DNA of 63,595 nt, filler included, from Octopus bimaculoides (GCF_001194135.2; 7 parts of 7 records of this genome joined end to end with filler, not necessarily neighbours in it), one strand, 5' to 3'. Shown: positions 25,560-41,799, counted from the first letter of the whole stretch. Made by a program: numbers and translations. The notes: generated by a model not told the origin, from the sequence alone.

Positions 25560-26524
25560 AAAGCAGACAGGATTCTTATACGACAAACTATGCATAAAGC
25601 ATCTTCTCTGCAGGGATGATTTATAACTACAAATAAGAAACACGCCCCACTCCAGCTGGAGAACATACTGAACCAACAGATGGATTCAGTAATGATATGA
25701 AAATAATTATGCGATTAAGTAACTGTCAAATATCTCCTGAAACAATGGGAAAATTAATTAAAACTGAAACTGAAGTTATGGTTATATCCCTAAATAATAA
25801 TAATAATAAAAAGAATAAGCTTAAAACAGAATAGCCTATAAAAGTACTTAGGTGTAGCTGAAACTGATACGATACCGTACAGGAAAAATAGGAAAACTAG
25901 AAAAGAATAAAATGAAAGAGTCAATCAAGAAACATACGAACTTAGTGCCATAAATAAGATAAATATGAATAATATGGTAATCCCAGTGATAAACTAAACT
26001 TTCATATAATAGATTGGAAGTTAAGTGAACTGTATAAGTCAGATAGGAAAAACAGCAAAACCTCTCTCACAGCTTTCTGAATGCATCATTTTAAAGCTGA
26101 TAATGATATGGTATACCTACCACACGCACACAGAAAGGAAAAAAAGCTTTATATTTCTAGTGAACTATACACAATAGCCACTATGTGTCTTGAAAAATAC
26201 TTATAAACTAGAAAGAGGTAGACTGATTAGTATAATAAGAATGTATTAAAAAATCTAAAGAGGAAAAAAGGAAATTTTTTAATTGCCTTTAAGGCCGCAA
26301 CTCACAGGCTGGAACTAATAAAAGAGTAAACATGGAATAAAGTGCAAAATAGAATCACTTGGAGGGAAGCGTTTTGGATGAAGACAAAACAATAGAAAAC
26401 GCAAAAGAATTGAATATAAAAGGGAATCTTCAAAGGATATTAAATACTAAATGGAGAGAACTAACCTCGCCATGGTCAGTTTCCTGCAAGACTAGACAGG
26501 AAAGATATGAGCCATTACATACAT

Positions 26525-26572
<48 letters not shown>

Positions 26573-27320
26573 GCCATGATAGATCGCTAGCCACTATATA
26601 TACATCCATCCATCCATCCATCCATCCATCCATCCATCCATACATACATACATACATACATANNNNNNNNNNNNNNNNNNNNNNNNNNNNNNNNNNNNNN
26701 NNNNNNNNNNNNNNNNNNNNNNNNNNNNNNNNNNNNNNNNNNNNNNNNNNNNNNNNNNNNNNNNNNNNNNNNNNNNNNNNNNNNNNNNNNNNNNNNNNNN
26801 NNNNNNNNNNNNNNNNNNNNTATATATATATATATACATACATACATACATACATATATATATACATACATATACATATAGTGTGAATAAAGCCAGAAAC
26901 TCCCCGTAAATGACTTCCAAAATAAAACAATGAAGAACAAAGTTTGCATCAAAGAAATAATGGAACCCATCATTTGTGTCATTGCAATCGTCACGAAGAT
27001 AGAGTAAATCTACGTATAGTTGTATATCTACGTATAGTAATATATCTGCATTTAGTAGTTACGTCCATTGGATAATATACAGTCATTCCTGCATGGAAAG
27101 AGAAAATAAAAAATGTTATGAAGTATCAAAGCCAGTATGAGAGAATGGCAAAGCCATGACACTTTGTGACATTCCTATCAGCCTAAACTGATAAAGAAGT
27201 AAAAAAAAAAAAAAATCCTGGGTATCACAATCAAAGGCAAAGTAAATCTTATACATAAGTCAATCCTTTCGGACCGAAACATTGACCGAAAAGAAGATGG
27301 GGATTAACAAAATGCAAAGA
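25560..27320 (+). mobile_element. Highly decayed R4/Dong-like LINE
   Basis: Residual KYLGVAETD, IPVI...IIDW and HHFKAD...YLP motifs; interrupted by microsatellites and a gap. Confidence 0.6.
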
Positions 27321-28059
27321 ACATGAAATAGAGACAGCTTGGGATAGGGTTTTTGAGTGAAAACTGCATCGATAATAATTCATCCATTGACAATGATTAA
27401 AAGGAAAAGAATCATAAACTAAAACATAAAAACCATATGATGGCTTCCGACTTTACATTCCATAAAAATATGTCTTATTTGACAAGATACACCTTTCTTG
27501 GAAAATACTTGCGATTTGATATCACAATTTACACAATACATATCCTGTACAGTCACTTCCTGTCTATTATAACCACAACACTAACAGCACAATTATTTCC
27601 CTAGACCATAACATAACTCCTACAACATGATCACTTCCTTATATAGTAACTTCCATAACACGTTCTATTTCCTATTTCCATTATACAATAAAAATTCATT
27701 TAAAGTTTATTATACACAACTACCTCTGTATACGATAACACAGCCTACACAACATTGTGAACACCAGTGTCAAACAATCTTTCGTCAATCCAGCGTTCAC
27801 TTTAATGACAAATCTAATTTATTCGTATTCCTCCTTTAATCTTCTGTTGTGGTATTCAAATGAGATTGAAGTTTAATTCGAATGTGCTTATTAGACATTT
27901 TATTGTTGTAGAAACTAGGAAAGAAAAAGGAAAATAAATATGATTAAGGAAAATTGATAGATAATTAGCAACTTCATGAAAATCACCGTCTTTCTATATT
28001 TAACAGTGAACATAGCTTGCACAAAATAGTGAACAACAAAATTAGTGACTTGGTGGTTG

Positions 28060-29830
<1,771 letters not shown>

Positions 29831-32345
29831 CACTTGTACTAACTTGGGTCAAAGGTGCAACCAAACCAAGTATAACAACTAACAGTATCTGCAGCGCAAA
29901 CAAACGAATGTAATCAGTAAATGAGATTCGGTACGATGATTATTCTCAAGAGGCAACAATTTTTATCTCCAAATTAGATAGGTGGACGTGTAGACACAAC
30001 AACCAGGCTACATAAGTACGATCTGTTTGTGGCTGAGGTAGGTAAGGAAGATATAGACACCATCAGAAAGGGAGGTAGAGAAGAGCAACGACTGCGACTG
30101 ACGTCATACTTGCAAAGCGAGAGGTAGAAAAGTGGAAAACTAACTGCAATGTGTGTTATATGTACGATTTTATTTTTTTTGAGAATATATTAATTCTTTG
30201 ATTACAGTTTTTGTTTTTTTGCTTTGATTTTTTTTTTTTTTTAATATTTGAAAGTTGCATAAATTTTTCCTGAAATCATTTCCACCATACCCTGCAATTA
30301 ATTTCAGCATTTCCTGGTGTTTGAATGTTTATTCTACACAGTCAACCCCTCTTCCCTGTATCTCTCAAGCATATAAGTTGTGTGTAACACGGTACACACA
30401 ACTTATATGCTTGAGAATTATATTTCAATGCAATAACACGCGCACTATATTCTACACCAAGAATTCTCAAACTTTTTCTCCTGATACATCTTTTTCTTCT
30501 GTCTGGCTGTGTTGGCGCATCCTTCTGAAGAATATAATGTAAAATATACAACCAGCATAAAACATGGCGATTTCCTTTAATTCAATGTAACATTTTTAAT
30601 AAGATTGATGAGCTTGACTCTTTTTATATGGTAATTCATTTGTAGTTACAGTGTCAGAGAGATACAGATACATATCCTTCTCAGTTGACAGCCTTGCATA
30701 ATATTTCTTTTTCGCTAACCGTGTGTGCATCGAAACAGCAAAAGCCCTTCTACCCATTTTTTTTTTTAGAAACATATGAGTAAGACTTAGCCATGGAATA
30801 CCAAAGATTTATCTGGGAAAAGGTTTCAAAAATGGTCATTGACTGTGAAGTTATTTATAAATGCTAAATCTTAATCTCGGATTAATTCTGAAGTGATTTC
30901 GAATGAGTTAATAATGCAATTCATTAACATCAGGAAAATGGGAATCTATACATGAAGTGAAATAAGTGAAATTAAAAGCTTATAGGTCATCATACATTGT
31001 TACAAGCAACGTAATAATTTCACTCATGGTCTTAAAATCGTCAAAACGACCCTCTTTAATTTCTTTTATTCGATAACTGAAATTACATTTGGAGTGGTTT
31101 TTACTTTTCGGTGAAATCTTTAACGGTATTTAGGTTGCCTTTAAATTACATCTTGATTCAAGAAAGCCACAAGAAATATCACTCAAGTAGTCTGACATTG
31201 CTCTCCATTTACTGTTAGAAAGTTAGATTGTAAACTTTATTTCTTTATTTTTAAAAAGATCTATTTTAGTTCAACTTTCTCGTTACTGCAGCGCTAACGA
31301 CCAAAGTAATGCCACTTCAGTGAATAACGATGCCTTTCTCTCAGCCTTTAATTCTTGACACGACAAACGCAATTTAGTTGTGTCCCAGGGACTAGATATG
31401 ACAAAGATCTCTTTGTATCACTGAGAATGGATATGAGAGGTGAAGGCAGCATCAACGTACATAAAGCATGCTTATGATTCAGAGAGCGCAAATAATTTAC
31501 GTAAAGGGTGACATTTAACAGTTCTGCTAAAAGAATTGATCTACAACCCTGAATTGCAGTAGCTCTGCCACTCATGCAGGTACCATTTCCTCGAAAAGAC
31601 CATTCAAATACATCTTCTCTTTTCGTTGTGCTCTACAAAGTTTAAAAAAGTGAGAATTCCACTTAAAAATCTGAATCCTTTACGTGTGTTGCNNNNNNNN
31701 NNNNNNNNNNNNNNNNNNNNNNNNNNNNNNNNNNNNNNNNNNNNNNNNNNNNNNNNNNNNNNNNNNNNNNNNNNNNNNNNNNNNNNNNNNNNNNNNNNNN
31801 NNNNNNNNNNNNNNNNNNNNNNNNNNNNNNNNNNNNNNNNNNNNNNNNNNNNNNNNNNNNNNNNNNNNNNNNNNNNNNNNNNNNNNNNNNNNNNNNNNNN
31901 NNNNNNNNNNNNNNNNNNNNNNNNNNNNNNNNNNNNNNNNNNNNNNNNNNNNNNNNNNNNNNNNNNNNNNNNNNNNNNNNNNNNNNNNNNNNNNNNNNNN
32001 NNNNNNNNNNNNNNNNNNNNNNNNNNNNNNNNNNNNNNNNNNNNNNNNNNNNNNNNNNNNNNNNNNNNNNNNNNNNNNNNNNNNNNNNNNNNNNNNNNNN
32101 NNNNNNNNNNNNNNNNNNNNNNNNNNNNNNNNNNNNNNNNNNNNNNNNNNNNNNNNNNNNNNNNNNNNNNNNNNNNNNNNNNNNNNNNNNNNNNNNNNNN
32201 NNNNNNNNNNNNNNNNNNNNNNNNNNNNNNNNNNNNNNNNNNNNNNNNNNNNNNNNNNNNNNNNNNNNNNNNNNNNNNNNNNNNNNNNNNNNNNNNNNNN
32301 NNNNNNNNNNNNNNNNNNNNNNNNNNNNNNNNNNNNNNNNNNNNN

Positions 32346-32410
<65 letters not shown>

Positions 32411-33521
32411 TGTGTTCCTGAACGCGCACGGAAGCGTCATGTTGAATATTAAGATTAGGGAAACTTTGATTTCCTTTTTTTAAATATTATCTAGCGTACC
32501 AAATATCTTTCAACGAACAAAATCATTTTTAGTGGTAGAATATCCAGTTTCTTTGAAGCATTTTCTTCCAACGGTATTTTTGCTGCGATTGTGTGAGAGT
32601 TCTTACATTTTGCAATTTCCAGGGGTAACCATAATAATCTCAAAAACTTCCCACCTGAAAACCTGAAATTTATACAACATTTATCTTCATTAAAATAAAA
32701 ATGTATGTAAATACAAGTACGATAACATGACTACATACAACCTTGCCATTTGTATTCAACAGAATAGATTTCTACATTTCTGGAATCCAAGTAACGTCGG
32801 ATCCCACAGTTAGTCATCCTATATAATAACTCACAAAACGGGTATTATACATAGCTACCGATTACTTCGCAACCCCCAAGAAATATTTCACACAGTCACT
32901 GCTATATACAATAAAACCTTTCACAAGATAATAAAAATAATAGAAAGAAAACATTTAAATTAACACAATCAAATGAAGTCCATCATTTCGCTTCTCAAGA
33001 CTTTGTTTAATACAGAACAGACATCTCACACACTGCAGATATAAATAAACACACACACACACACATATATATGCAAACAGGGAAGAAACAATCGCACTGT
33101 ACTTATATATAGATGTAATTTATACTTACGTACTGTGGGAAATATTCTCCACATAGACAATAATAAAATGTAGCGTGTCATTTAAAAAAAGCACACAGAC
33201 ATTAAAAGACAAAACAATAGTGATTATAATGTAAATACAAGTCCTGTCAATTAGGCTGAACGTAGTACCTGTCTGGTATATATTCTAGCGATTCCAGAAG
33301 AATGATAGAGTCGACCGCGGAGGGATTTTGAACACAAACGGTTATACATTTCTGACAATAATTTGTAGCTTTTAATTAGGGACATAGTATATGGTTTGCT
33401 GGGTTATCTATGTATCTGTCTTCGTCTGTCTGTCTGTCTGTCTATGTATCTGTCTGTTTCTCTCTTCCTCCTCTCTTTCTCTTTCTATGTACCTATATAT
33501 GTGCATATGTAAATACATATA

Positions 33522-34806
33522 CAGGGGTTGGACAAAATAATGGAAACACCTAGCATCATAGCATCATAATTTTGAAATATCTATAAAACCGCCAAGAGCT
33601 TGTTTATTTTAATGTTTTTTGATTTATTATTAGCGTTGCTTAATACGTTTTGCTAAAATTGCTGGGTTTTTTTTTTCAGATATCATCAGAAAAACATAAT
33701 TAAAATTCATTAAAATAACAGATCTATCGGACTTTCAAAGAGGTCAAATTATTGGTGCTCGTGTGGCAGGCGCTAGCGTAACGAAAACAGCCGAAATGTT
33801 TGGTGTATCAAGAAGTAGTGTCTCGAAAGTAATGATAGCCTTTGAGAAAGAGTGAAAAACCTCCTCGTCGAAACAAAACTTCGGATGAAAACCAAAACTT
33901 TCAGATATGGACCGTTGGACTCTTACTTGAATTGTTAGAAAGGATCACAGAAGTACAGCTCCCGAAATTACTGCAGAGCTTCATGACCACCTCGAGAACT
34001 CAGTTTCCACAAAAACTGTTCGCCGGGAGCTGCACAAAACCGGATTTCATGGGAGGGCTGCAATCAGAAAACCACTACTTTCAAAATCAAACGTTGCAAA
34101 GCGTTTAGAGTGGAGTAAAAACCTACAGAGTTGATCCCTAGAGTAGTGGAAGAATGTTATTTTCTCGGACGAGTCATCCTTTACCTTATTTCCGACCACC
34201 GGCTGAGTATACGTGTGAGACAGCCAAAAGAAACATTTGACTCTGCCTGCCTTTTTCCAACTATTAAACATAGAGGAGGATCTGTGATGATCTGGTGTGG
34301 GGGAGGGGCAATATCTTGGAAATCCGTCGGCCCAATGGTTTCCCTTCAAGGTAAAATTAATAGTCAAGATTATTTAAGCATTTTGTCTGATCAAATTCAT
34401 CCTATAGTTGCGGAACTGTTTCCGGGGGAATACGCAATCTTTCAGGATGATAATGCACCACTTCACACAGCTAAAGCTCTTACTGAATGGTACGAGGAAC
34501 ATTCTAATGAAGCTGAACATCTTATCTGGCCACCACAGTCCCCAGATCTCAATATTATTGAACATTTATGGTGCATTTTAGAAAAACAAGTAAGGAGTCG
34601 ATATCTTCCACCATCGTCACTACAAGATCTGGAGACTGTTTTAGCTGAAGAATGGACAAAAATTCCATGCGAAACAATTTAAACTTTGTACGAGTCCATA
34701 CCTCGTAGAATTCAAGCTATAATTACTGCCAAAGGCGGTCCTACCCCATATTAAAATAAATTTGTTCAAAATTTAAAGGTGTTTCTATTATTTTGTCCAA
34801 CCCCTG
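33522..34806 (+). mobile_element. Full-length Tc1 (DD34E) element, transposase inactivated
   Basis: TA TSDs; TIRs CAGGGGTTGGACAAAATAAT(G/A)GAAACACCT; DLSDFQRGQIIGAR..., FSDES, FQDDNAP, SPDLNIIEHLW; several stops and frameshifts. Confidence 0.93.
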
Positions 34807-36055
34807 TATANNNNNNNNNNNNNNNNNNNNNNNNNNNNNNNNNNNNNNNNNNNNNNNNNNNNNNNNNNNNNNNNNNNNNNNNNNNNNNNNNNNNNNNNNN
34901 NNNNNNNNNNNNNNNNNNNNNNNNNNNNNNNNNNNNNNNNNNNNNNNNNNNNNNNNNNNNNNNNNNNNNNNNNNNNNNNNNNNNNNNNNNNNNNNNNNNN
35001 NNNNNNNNNNNNNNNNNNNNNNNNNNNNNNNNNNNNNNNNNNNNNNNNNNNNNNNNNNNNNNNNNNNNNNNNNNNNNNNNNNNNNNNNNNNNNNNNNNNN
35101 NNNNNNNNNNNNNNNNNNNNNNNNNNNNNNNNNNNNNNNNNNNNNNGGAGGAGGAAAGAGATCTAAGTATATGAATGTGCGCGTGTATTTGTGTGTGTGC
35201 ATGTTTGTGTGTCGATTTAGTTGACAAACAAGATTACATAACAAAAACCGTGCGTTCTTTTGAACGGGCAGTGCACATCAGTGAATTCGAAACTAATAAG
35301 TTTATTCTCGATGTTATAAAATCTTAGATGGTTGTGGGCTTATCGTACCGTCGAGAAGTGGAAGTCATTTCAGTCTTTTTGCTTATATATTTTCACCAGA
35401 GGATACAGTATTATCACAGAAACCGACCTGAAATTCTTTATATATATGTCAATAATAAGGAAGAAGAAGTATGTCCTCTTTAATACCTAATAACCACCGC
35501 CATAAAACATTAGTAAGTGAAATATTATATGGTATAACCCACCATAGAATAATCGCATAAAAAACAATGTTCTGTAGAATTTCTTCTCTTTAACAACAAA
35601 GTAATTCCTAACGGTCACAAATTGTTAAAGATGTCCAATAAAACCAACTTTAAAGCAAATTGCATCTCTCTACAAAACGTGACCAATTTTACAACGAGTT
35701 AGAATAGAAAGATACTGCACTCAAGACTAAATCGCACAGAACACTGTATACATATTGATCGCAGACGTACACACATACACATAGATGCATAAACATATAC
35801 ACACTCATATAGCATGTTACTTGCGCACACAAACACACATGTGCGCATCTACATGTATTGTATACATATATATACATGAATATACACGTGTGTGTGTGTG
35901 TATATACACATGCGCGCGCGCGTATGTGTGTGTATTTGAATGCTTGCAATATATATGCATATATTGGTGTGTATTGTGAGGGAATGAAATAGTCATTGTA
36001 TAGACAATCTCTTTAAAGAGACAGAGAGGGAGAGAGAACCACGAAATCATGTGTT

Positions 36056-36090
<35 letters not shown>

Positions 36091-36999
36091 NNNNNNNNNN
36101 NNNNNNNNNNNNNNNNNNNNNNNNNNNNNNNNNNNNNNNNNNNNNNNNNNNNNNNNNNNNNNNNNNNNNNNNNNNNNNNNNNNNNNNNNNNNNNNNNNNN
36201 NNNNNNNNNNNNNNNNNNNNNNNNNNNNNNNNNNNNNNNNNNNNNNNNNNNNNNNNNNNNNNNNNNNNNNNNNNNNNNNNNNNNNNNNNNNNNNNNNNNN
36301 NNNNNNNNNNNNNNNNNNNNNNNNNNNNNNNNNNNNNNNNNNNNNNNNNNNNNNNNNNNNNNNNNNNNNNNNNNNNNNNNNNNNNNNNNNNNNNNNNNNN
36401 NNNNNNNNNNNNNNNNNNNNNNNNNNNNNNNNNNNNNNNNNNNNNNNNNNNNNNNNNNNNNNNNNNNNNNNNNNNNNNNNNNNNNNNNNNNNNNNNNNNN
36501 NNNNNNNNNNNNNNNNNNNNNNNNNNNNNNNNNNNNNNNNNNNNNNNNNNNNNNNNNNNNNNNNNNNNNNNNNNNNNNNNNNNNNNNNNNNNNNNNNNNN
36601 NNNNNNNNNNNNNNNNNNNNNNNNNNNNNNNNNNNNNNNNNNNNNNNNNNNNNNNNNNNNNNNNNNNNNNNNNNNNNNNNNNNNNNNNNNNNNNNNNNNN
36701 NNNNNNNNNNNNNNNNNNNNNNNNNNNNNNNNNNNNNNNNNNNNNNNNNNNNNNNNNNNNNNNNNNNNNNNNNNNNNNNNNNNNNNNNNNNNNNNNNNNN
36801 NNNNNNNNNNNNNNNNNNNNNNNNNNNNNNNNNNNNNNNNNNNNNNNNNNNNNNNNNNNNNNNNNNNNNNNNNNNNNNNNNNNNNNNNNNNNNNNNNNNN
36901 NNNNNNNNNNNNNNNNNNNNNNNNNNNNNNNNNNNNNNNNNNNNNNNNNNNNNNNNNNNNNNNNNNNNNNNNNNNNNNNNNNNNNNNNNNNNNNNNNNN

Positions 37000-38040
37000 G
37001 TACCTGGGAAGCACTGTTAATAGATATAGCAATTTGGATACTGAAATTCCATATAGAATTAGGAAAGCAAGTGATGCTTTCGGAAGGCTAGAAAGGCGCC
37101 TCTGGAGTCGGCGAGACATATGCAGGAGGACAAAGATAAAGGTGTACAAGGCATGCGTGCTCTCTTCTCTTCTTTATGCATTCGAGACGTGGGTCATATA
37201 TCGATACCACCTTAAACAACTGGAACGTTTCCATCATATGTGTCTCAGACGGATCTATGGCATTAAGTGGGAGGACCGCATCAGTGATCTTGAAATATTG
37301 GAAAGCTCTCGGTGTGAAAGTTTAAAAGCTCCTGTGTTAAAGCAAAGGCTCAGATGGAGTGGTCATCTGAGTGGTCATCAAAAAAAAAACAGCAACTGTT
37401 TTATGGAGAGTTAGTTAAATGAGAACGACCTCCACATAAACCAAAAATGAGGCATAAGGACTTGCCGAAGGCCTCCTTAAGAGATGGTTGCATCTCTCCT
37501 GACACATGGGAGGGCATAGCTATTGACCGTAGCAGGTGGAGAAGGATTGTGCACGAGGGGACAGCTACTTTTGAGAAATCTCGAGTTGCGCATGAGAAAG
37601 TAAGGATGGATGTCAGGAAGGGCATCGCTGTTGCACTTCCAGATGGTAAGGGTCTTCCTATGATGCTCACATGCAGTGTCTGTATAAGACCCTGCCTCAG
37701 TAAAGCTGGACTCAAGAATCATCCTCGTAGTCATAAAGCGAGGCAGATGACTGACAACCAGGCCACTGTTGGTGGTGCTACACACCATACTAATCAAATC
37801 TGTCAGATATGTAGAAAGGAGTTTAATTCGACGGGAGGACTTAAGCGACATGCAAAGGTACATGAAGCCCAGTTACAACTGCAGCCGGCTATTGCCGGTA
37901 AAGATTTTAGCTGCCAATTCTGTACAAGACATTGTAGATCTTTAGCTGGGATAAAAAGTCACATTCGATCACAGCACCGATAACAGTTAAGCCTCGTGCA
38001 ATGGCCATACTCGATAACGAGGGGGCAGCTATCGTCATGT
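37000..38040 (+). mobile_element. RTE LINE 3' part with three C2H2 fingers
   Basis: YLGS, KASDAFGRLERRLW, SLLYAFETW, RLRWSGH, then three C-x2-C-x12-H-x3/4-H motifs at 37672-37983. Confidence 0.88.
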
Positions 38041-38648
38041 ATATATGTATAAATGTATACATATACATACATATATATATATGTTTGTGAGTGTGTGTAT
38101 GTGTGTGTAAATGCATAATCGAAAATATTGCTGTCCTGATATTTAAACTGTTTCTGTATTTCACCGATTTCCATACTACATTTATATTTGAACAGTACAA
38201 TGCTCTTACAACATTTTTGCCGATATACAGATAAAGGCAAGCCAATGTATTCTGCATACAACTTTGGTATGACATAAGAAAGAATATCTAGATTGCTTTT
38301 ATTTTCAAATATCCATTTAGCTGTACTTCGATCATTATACTATTGCATTAAACCTCACTTTCTTTTCATTTTCACGGGGCTCTCCTGCTAATTGCTTTGC
38401 ATAAAACACATATTTTCTTCAAAATTGCAATGCATTTATTCCAATAAATGAATAACTGTAGCTTTACTTCTACGGCATATATAGGAGTAAATGTAAGAAT
38501 TAGCAAGTTAGGCAAGTCGATATACAATAAATATTAAATGCATTTAATACGAAAAATGTACATATGCTTATATATAAAAAGATCCGACTTACACAGAATA
38601 GAAATGATATCAGGAATTCAAGGGGTTGAATAAGAGTTTTACGAGTCC

Positions 38649-38681
<33 letters not shown>

Positions 38682-39889
38682 CATACATATANNNNNNNNN
38701 NNNNNNNNNNNNNNNNNNNNNNNNNNNNNNNNNNNNNNNNNNNNNNNNNNNNNNNNNNNNNNNNNNNNNNNNNNNNNNNNNNNNNNNNNNNNNNNNNNNN
38801 NNNNNNNNNNNNNNNNNNNNNNNNNNNNNNNNNNNNNNNNNNNNNNNNNNNNNNNNNNNNNNNNNNNNNNNNNNNNNNNNNNNNNNNNNNNNNNNNNNNN
38901 NNNNNNNNNNNNNNNNNNNNNNNNNNNNNNNNNNNNNNNNNNNNNNNNNNNNNNNNNNNNNNNNNNNNNNNNNNNNNNNNNNNNNNNNNNNNNNNNNNNN
39001 NNNNNNNNNNNNNNNNNNNNNNNNNNNNNNNNNNNNNNNNNNNNNNNNNNNNNNNNNNNNNNNNNNNNNNNNNNNNNNNNNNNNNNNNNNNNNNNNNNNN
39101 NNNNNNNNNNNNNNNNNNNNNNNNNNNNNNNNNNNNNNNNNNNNNNNNNNNNNNNNNNNNNNNNNNNNNNNNNNNNNNNNNNNNNNNNNNNNNNNNNNNN
39201 NNNNNNNNNNNNNNNNNNNNNNNNNNNNNNNNNNNNNNNNNNNNNNNNNNNNNNNNNNNNNNNNNNNNNNNNNNNNNNNNNNNNNNNNNNNNNNNNNNNN
39301 NNNNNNNNNNNNNNNNNNNNNNNNNNNNNNNNNNNNNNNNNNNNNNNNNNNNNNNNNNNNNNNNNNNNNNNNNNNNNNNNNNNNNNNNNNNNNNNNNNNN
39401 NNNNNNNNNNNNNNNNNNNNNNNNNNNNNNNNNNNNNNNNNNNNNNNNNNNNNNNNNNNNNNNNNNNNNNNNNNNNNNNNNNNNNNNNNNNNNNNNNNNN
39501 NNNNNNNNNNNNNNNNNNNNNNNNNNNNNNNNNNNNNNNNNNNNNNNNNNNNNNNNNNNNNNNNNNNNNNNNNNNNNNNNNNNNNNNNNNNNNATATATA
39601 TATATATATATATATACACACGCACGCATATACATATATGTGTATACATCCTCTGTACGCATTCATATGCAAATATTTATGGATGTTCACATGTAATATT
39701 TGTAAATACATCATATGTAACCGTATACATATGCAATCACAAGCGCACATACCACACGTATACATACATACATTAATACATACATACACTCACATGAATT
39801 CATACATACATACATACATACATACACACACATTCGTGTATTAATATAACATCATATATTTATTTACAAATCACATTTGATTTACATAC

Positions 39890-39972
39890 CTTTGATGTTG
39901 ATGGGTTTGTAGATGGTGCAGAAGGCGGCATAGCGGGAGGTGATTGTTCACACAAGTGGTATGGAGTTTCAC
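39890..39972 (-). CDS. Orphan exon candidate (Pro/Ser-rich)
   Basis: Acceptor tatactttag, donor GTATGT, 83 nt, phase 1-0. xETPYHLCEQSPPAMPPSAPSTNPSTSK; a GC-richer island in AT-rich flanks. Confidence 0.5.
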
Positions 39973-40229
39973 CTAAAGTATATTAGTAACCAAAGATGAA
40001 ATACAATAGAATAAACAATCACAGCAGTAGAAGAAAACAAAAACAACAACAACAACGATGTCAACAATGATAGCAACATTGCAGAGTGATAGATAGAATG
40101 AGATATGGAGAAGACAGTTGAATTCCATCAATTACTAGAATGGCTATTTGCGTGAACGAGTGCGGGTGAGCGCACGCATGCACAAACACACACGTATACA
40201 CACACATGCATAAATGTTTATGTATATTC

Positions 40230-40260
<31 letters not shown>

Positions 40261-41073
40261 CATACACACACACACACAAACACACATGTATANNNNNNNN
40301 NNNNNNNNNNNNNNNNNNNNNNNNNNNNNNNNNNNNNNNNNNNNNNNNNNNNNNNNNNNNNNNNNNNNNNNNNNNNNNNNNNNNNNNNNNNNNNNNNNNN
40401 NNNNNNNNNNNNNNNNNNNNNNNNNNNNNNNNNNNNNNNNNNNNNNNNNNNNNNNNNNNNNNNNNNNNNNNNNNNNNNNNNNNNNNNNNNNNNNNNNNNN
40501 NNNNNNNNNNNNNNNNNATACATATATATATATATATCCAATGTGTTTGTGTGTGATTGTATATTTACTGATGCATACGCATGTGTGTATGCGTGTGTGT
40601 CGTATGTATGCATGTATGTATGCATGTATGTATGTATGTATGTATGTATGCATGCATGAATGTATAGAGATATGTACATGCCTGTTTGTATAAATATGTA
40701 TATATAAGTATATAGGTGATCTTATATATGTATATGTGTGTATGTATTTATGTATGTGTGTGAGAGTCGTGTCACTGTATGGGTGCATGTCCATTTGTGT
40801 GTAAGGTTGATCCGACGTGTTAATGGATGCATATGACATTTCTAAGATATAGAAGTTCGACGATAACGTTCCTGAAATGTTATGCGTAGAGAGTCAATAA
40901 CAACAGCTTAATATACATACATTTATACATTCCGACATACATCACACACAGCCCTGTAAATATGGATATTCACGCACACACGCACGCACGCACACACACA
41001 CACACGCGCGCGCGCGCGCGCACACACACACAAAATACCAGACACCAAGGCTGATAACTAAACAGAAACTGCC

Positions 41074-41132
<59 letters not shown>

Positions 41133-41799
41133 CTATGTCTATATATCTATATCTATATATATATATACACATATATATATATATATTCATGTGTGTGTGA
41201 TAGAAATATTATATACATGAAATTCGTACATATATACAAAAATAAATTCATACGTGCATACATTCATTGATTGATTCATTCATTCATTCTTACACACATA
41301 CATACACACATACATACATATATACATGCATGCATACCTACCTACCTACATACATACATACATACATACATACATACATACTACATACATACATACATGC
41401 ATACATACATACATGCATACATACATACATACATACATACATACATACATACATACATACATACACACACATTTATCTTCATTATTGATTATGTAAGTAT
41501 ACGTATTTTGTTTTTTTAATGGGTTAAGGCGTAAAGAATTAATAAATTGTACAGAATTTATTTGGTGGTATTATCTATAAGATAACACAACTCAGCAATA
41601 TATGGAATATAACAGAAAAGAAAAGCAACAATAGCCACAACATCTGTCAATATAATACAATAAGACCCATTAAACGTTTCAGTTTTTCAAAAAGATAAGC
41701 CATTGTATACAAAAACGAGTCAAAATGTAACACAACTTTTATCATTAGCGGCGCATTTTTCAATGAAATTTTTTGGTATTTGGTAAAGGCATATATACT

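Noticed and set aside
32607-33132. 48-nt exon candidate (32607-32654) and 3-nt microexon candidate (33130-33132)
   Set aside because: Splice-like motifs only; they give no consistent frame with other exons and are expected by chance in AT-rich DNA.
37672-37983. Member of the octopus tandem C2H2-ZNF gene expansion
   Set aside because: In frame with RTE C-terminal motifs and lacks TGEKP linkers; it is part of a LINE.
31604-39789. Long ORFs of 240-430 aa spanning N runs
   Set aside because: Almost entirely X from gaps; the flanks are (TA)n or (CA)n.
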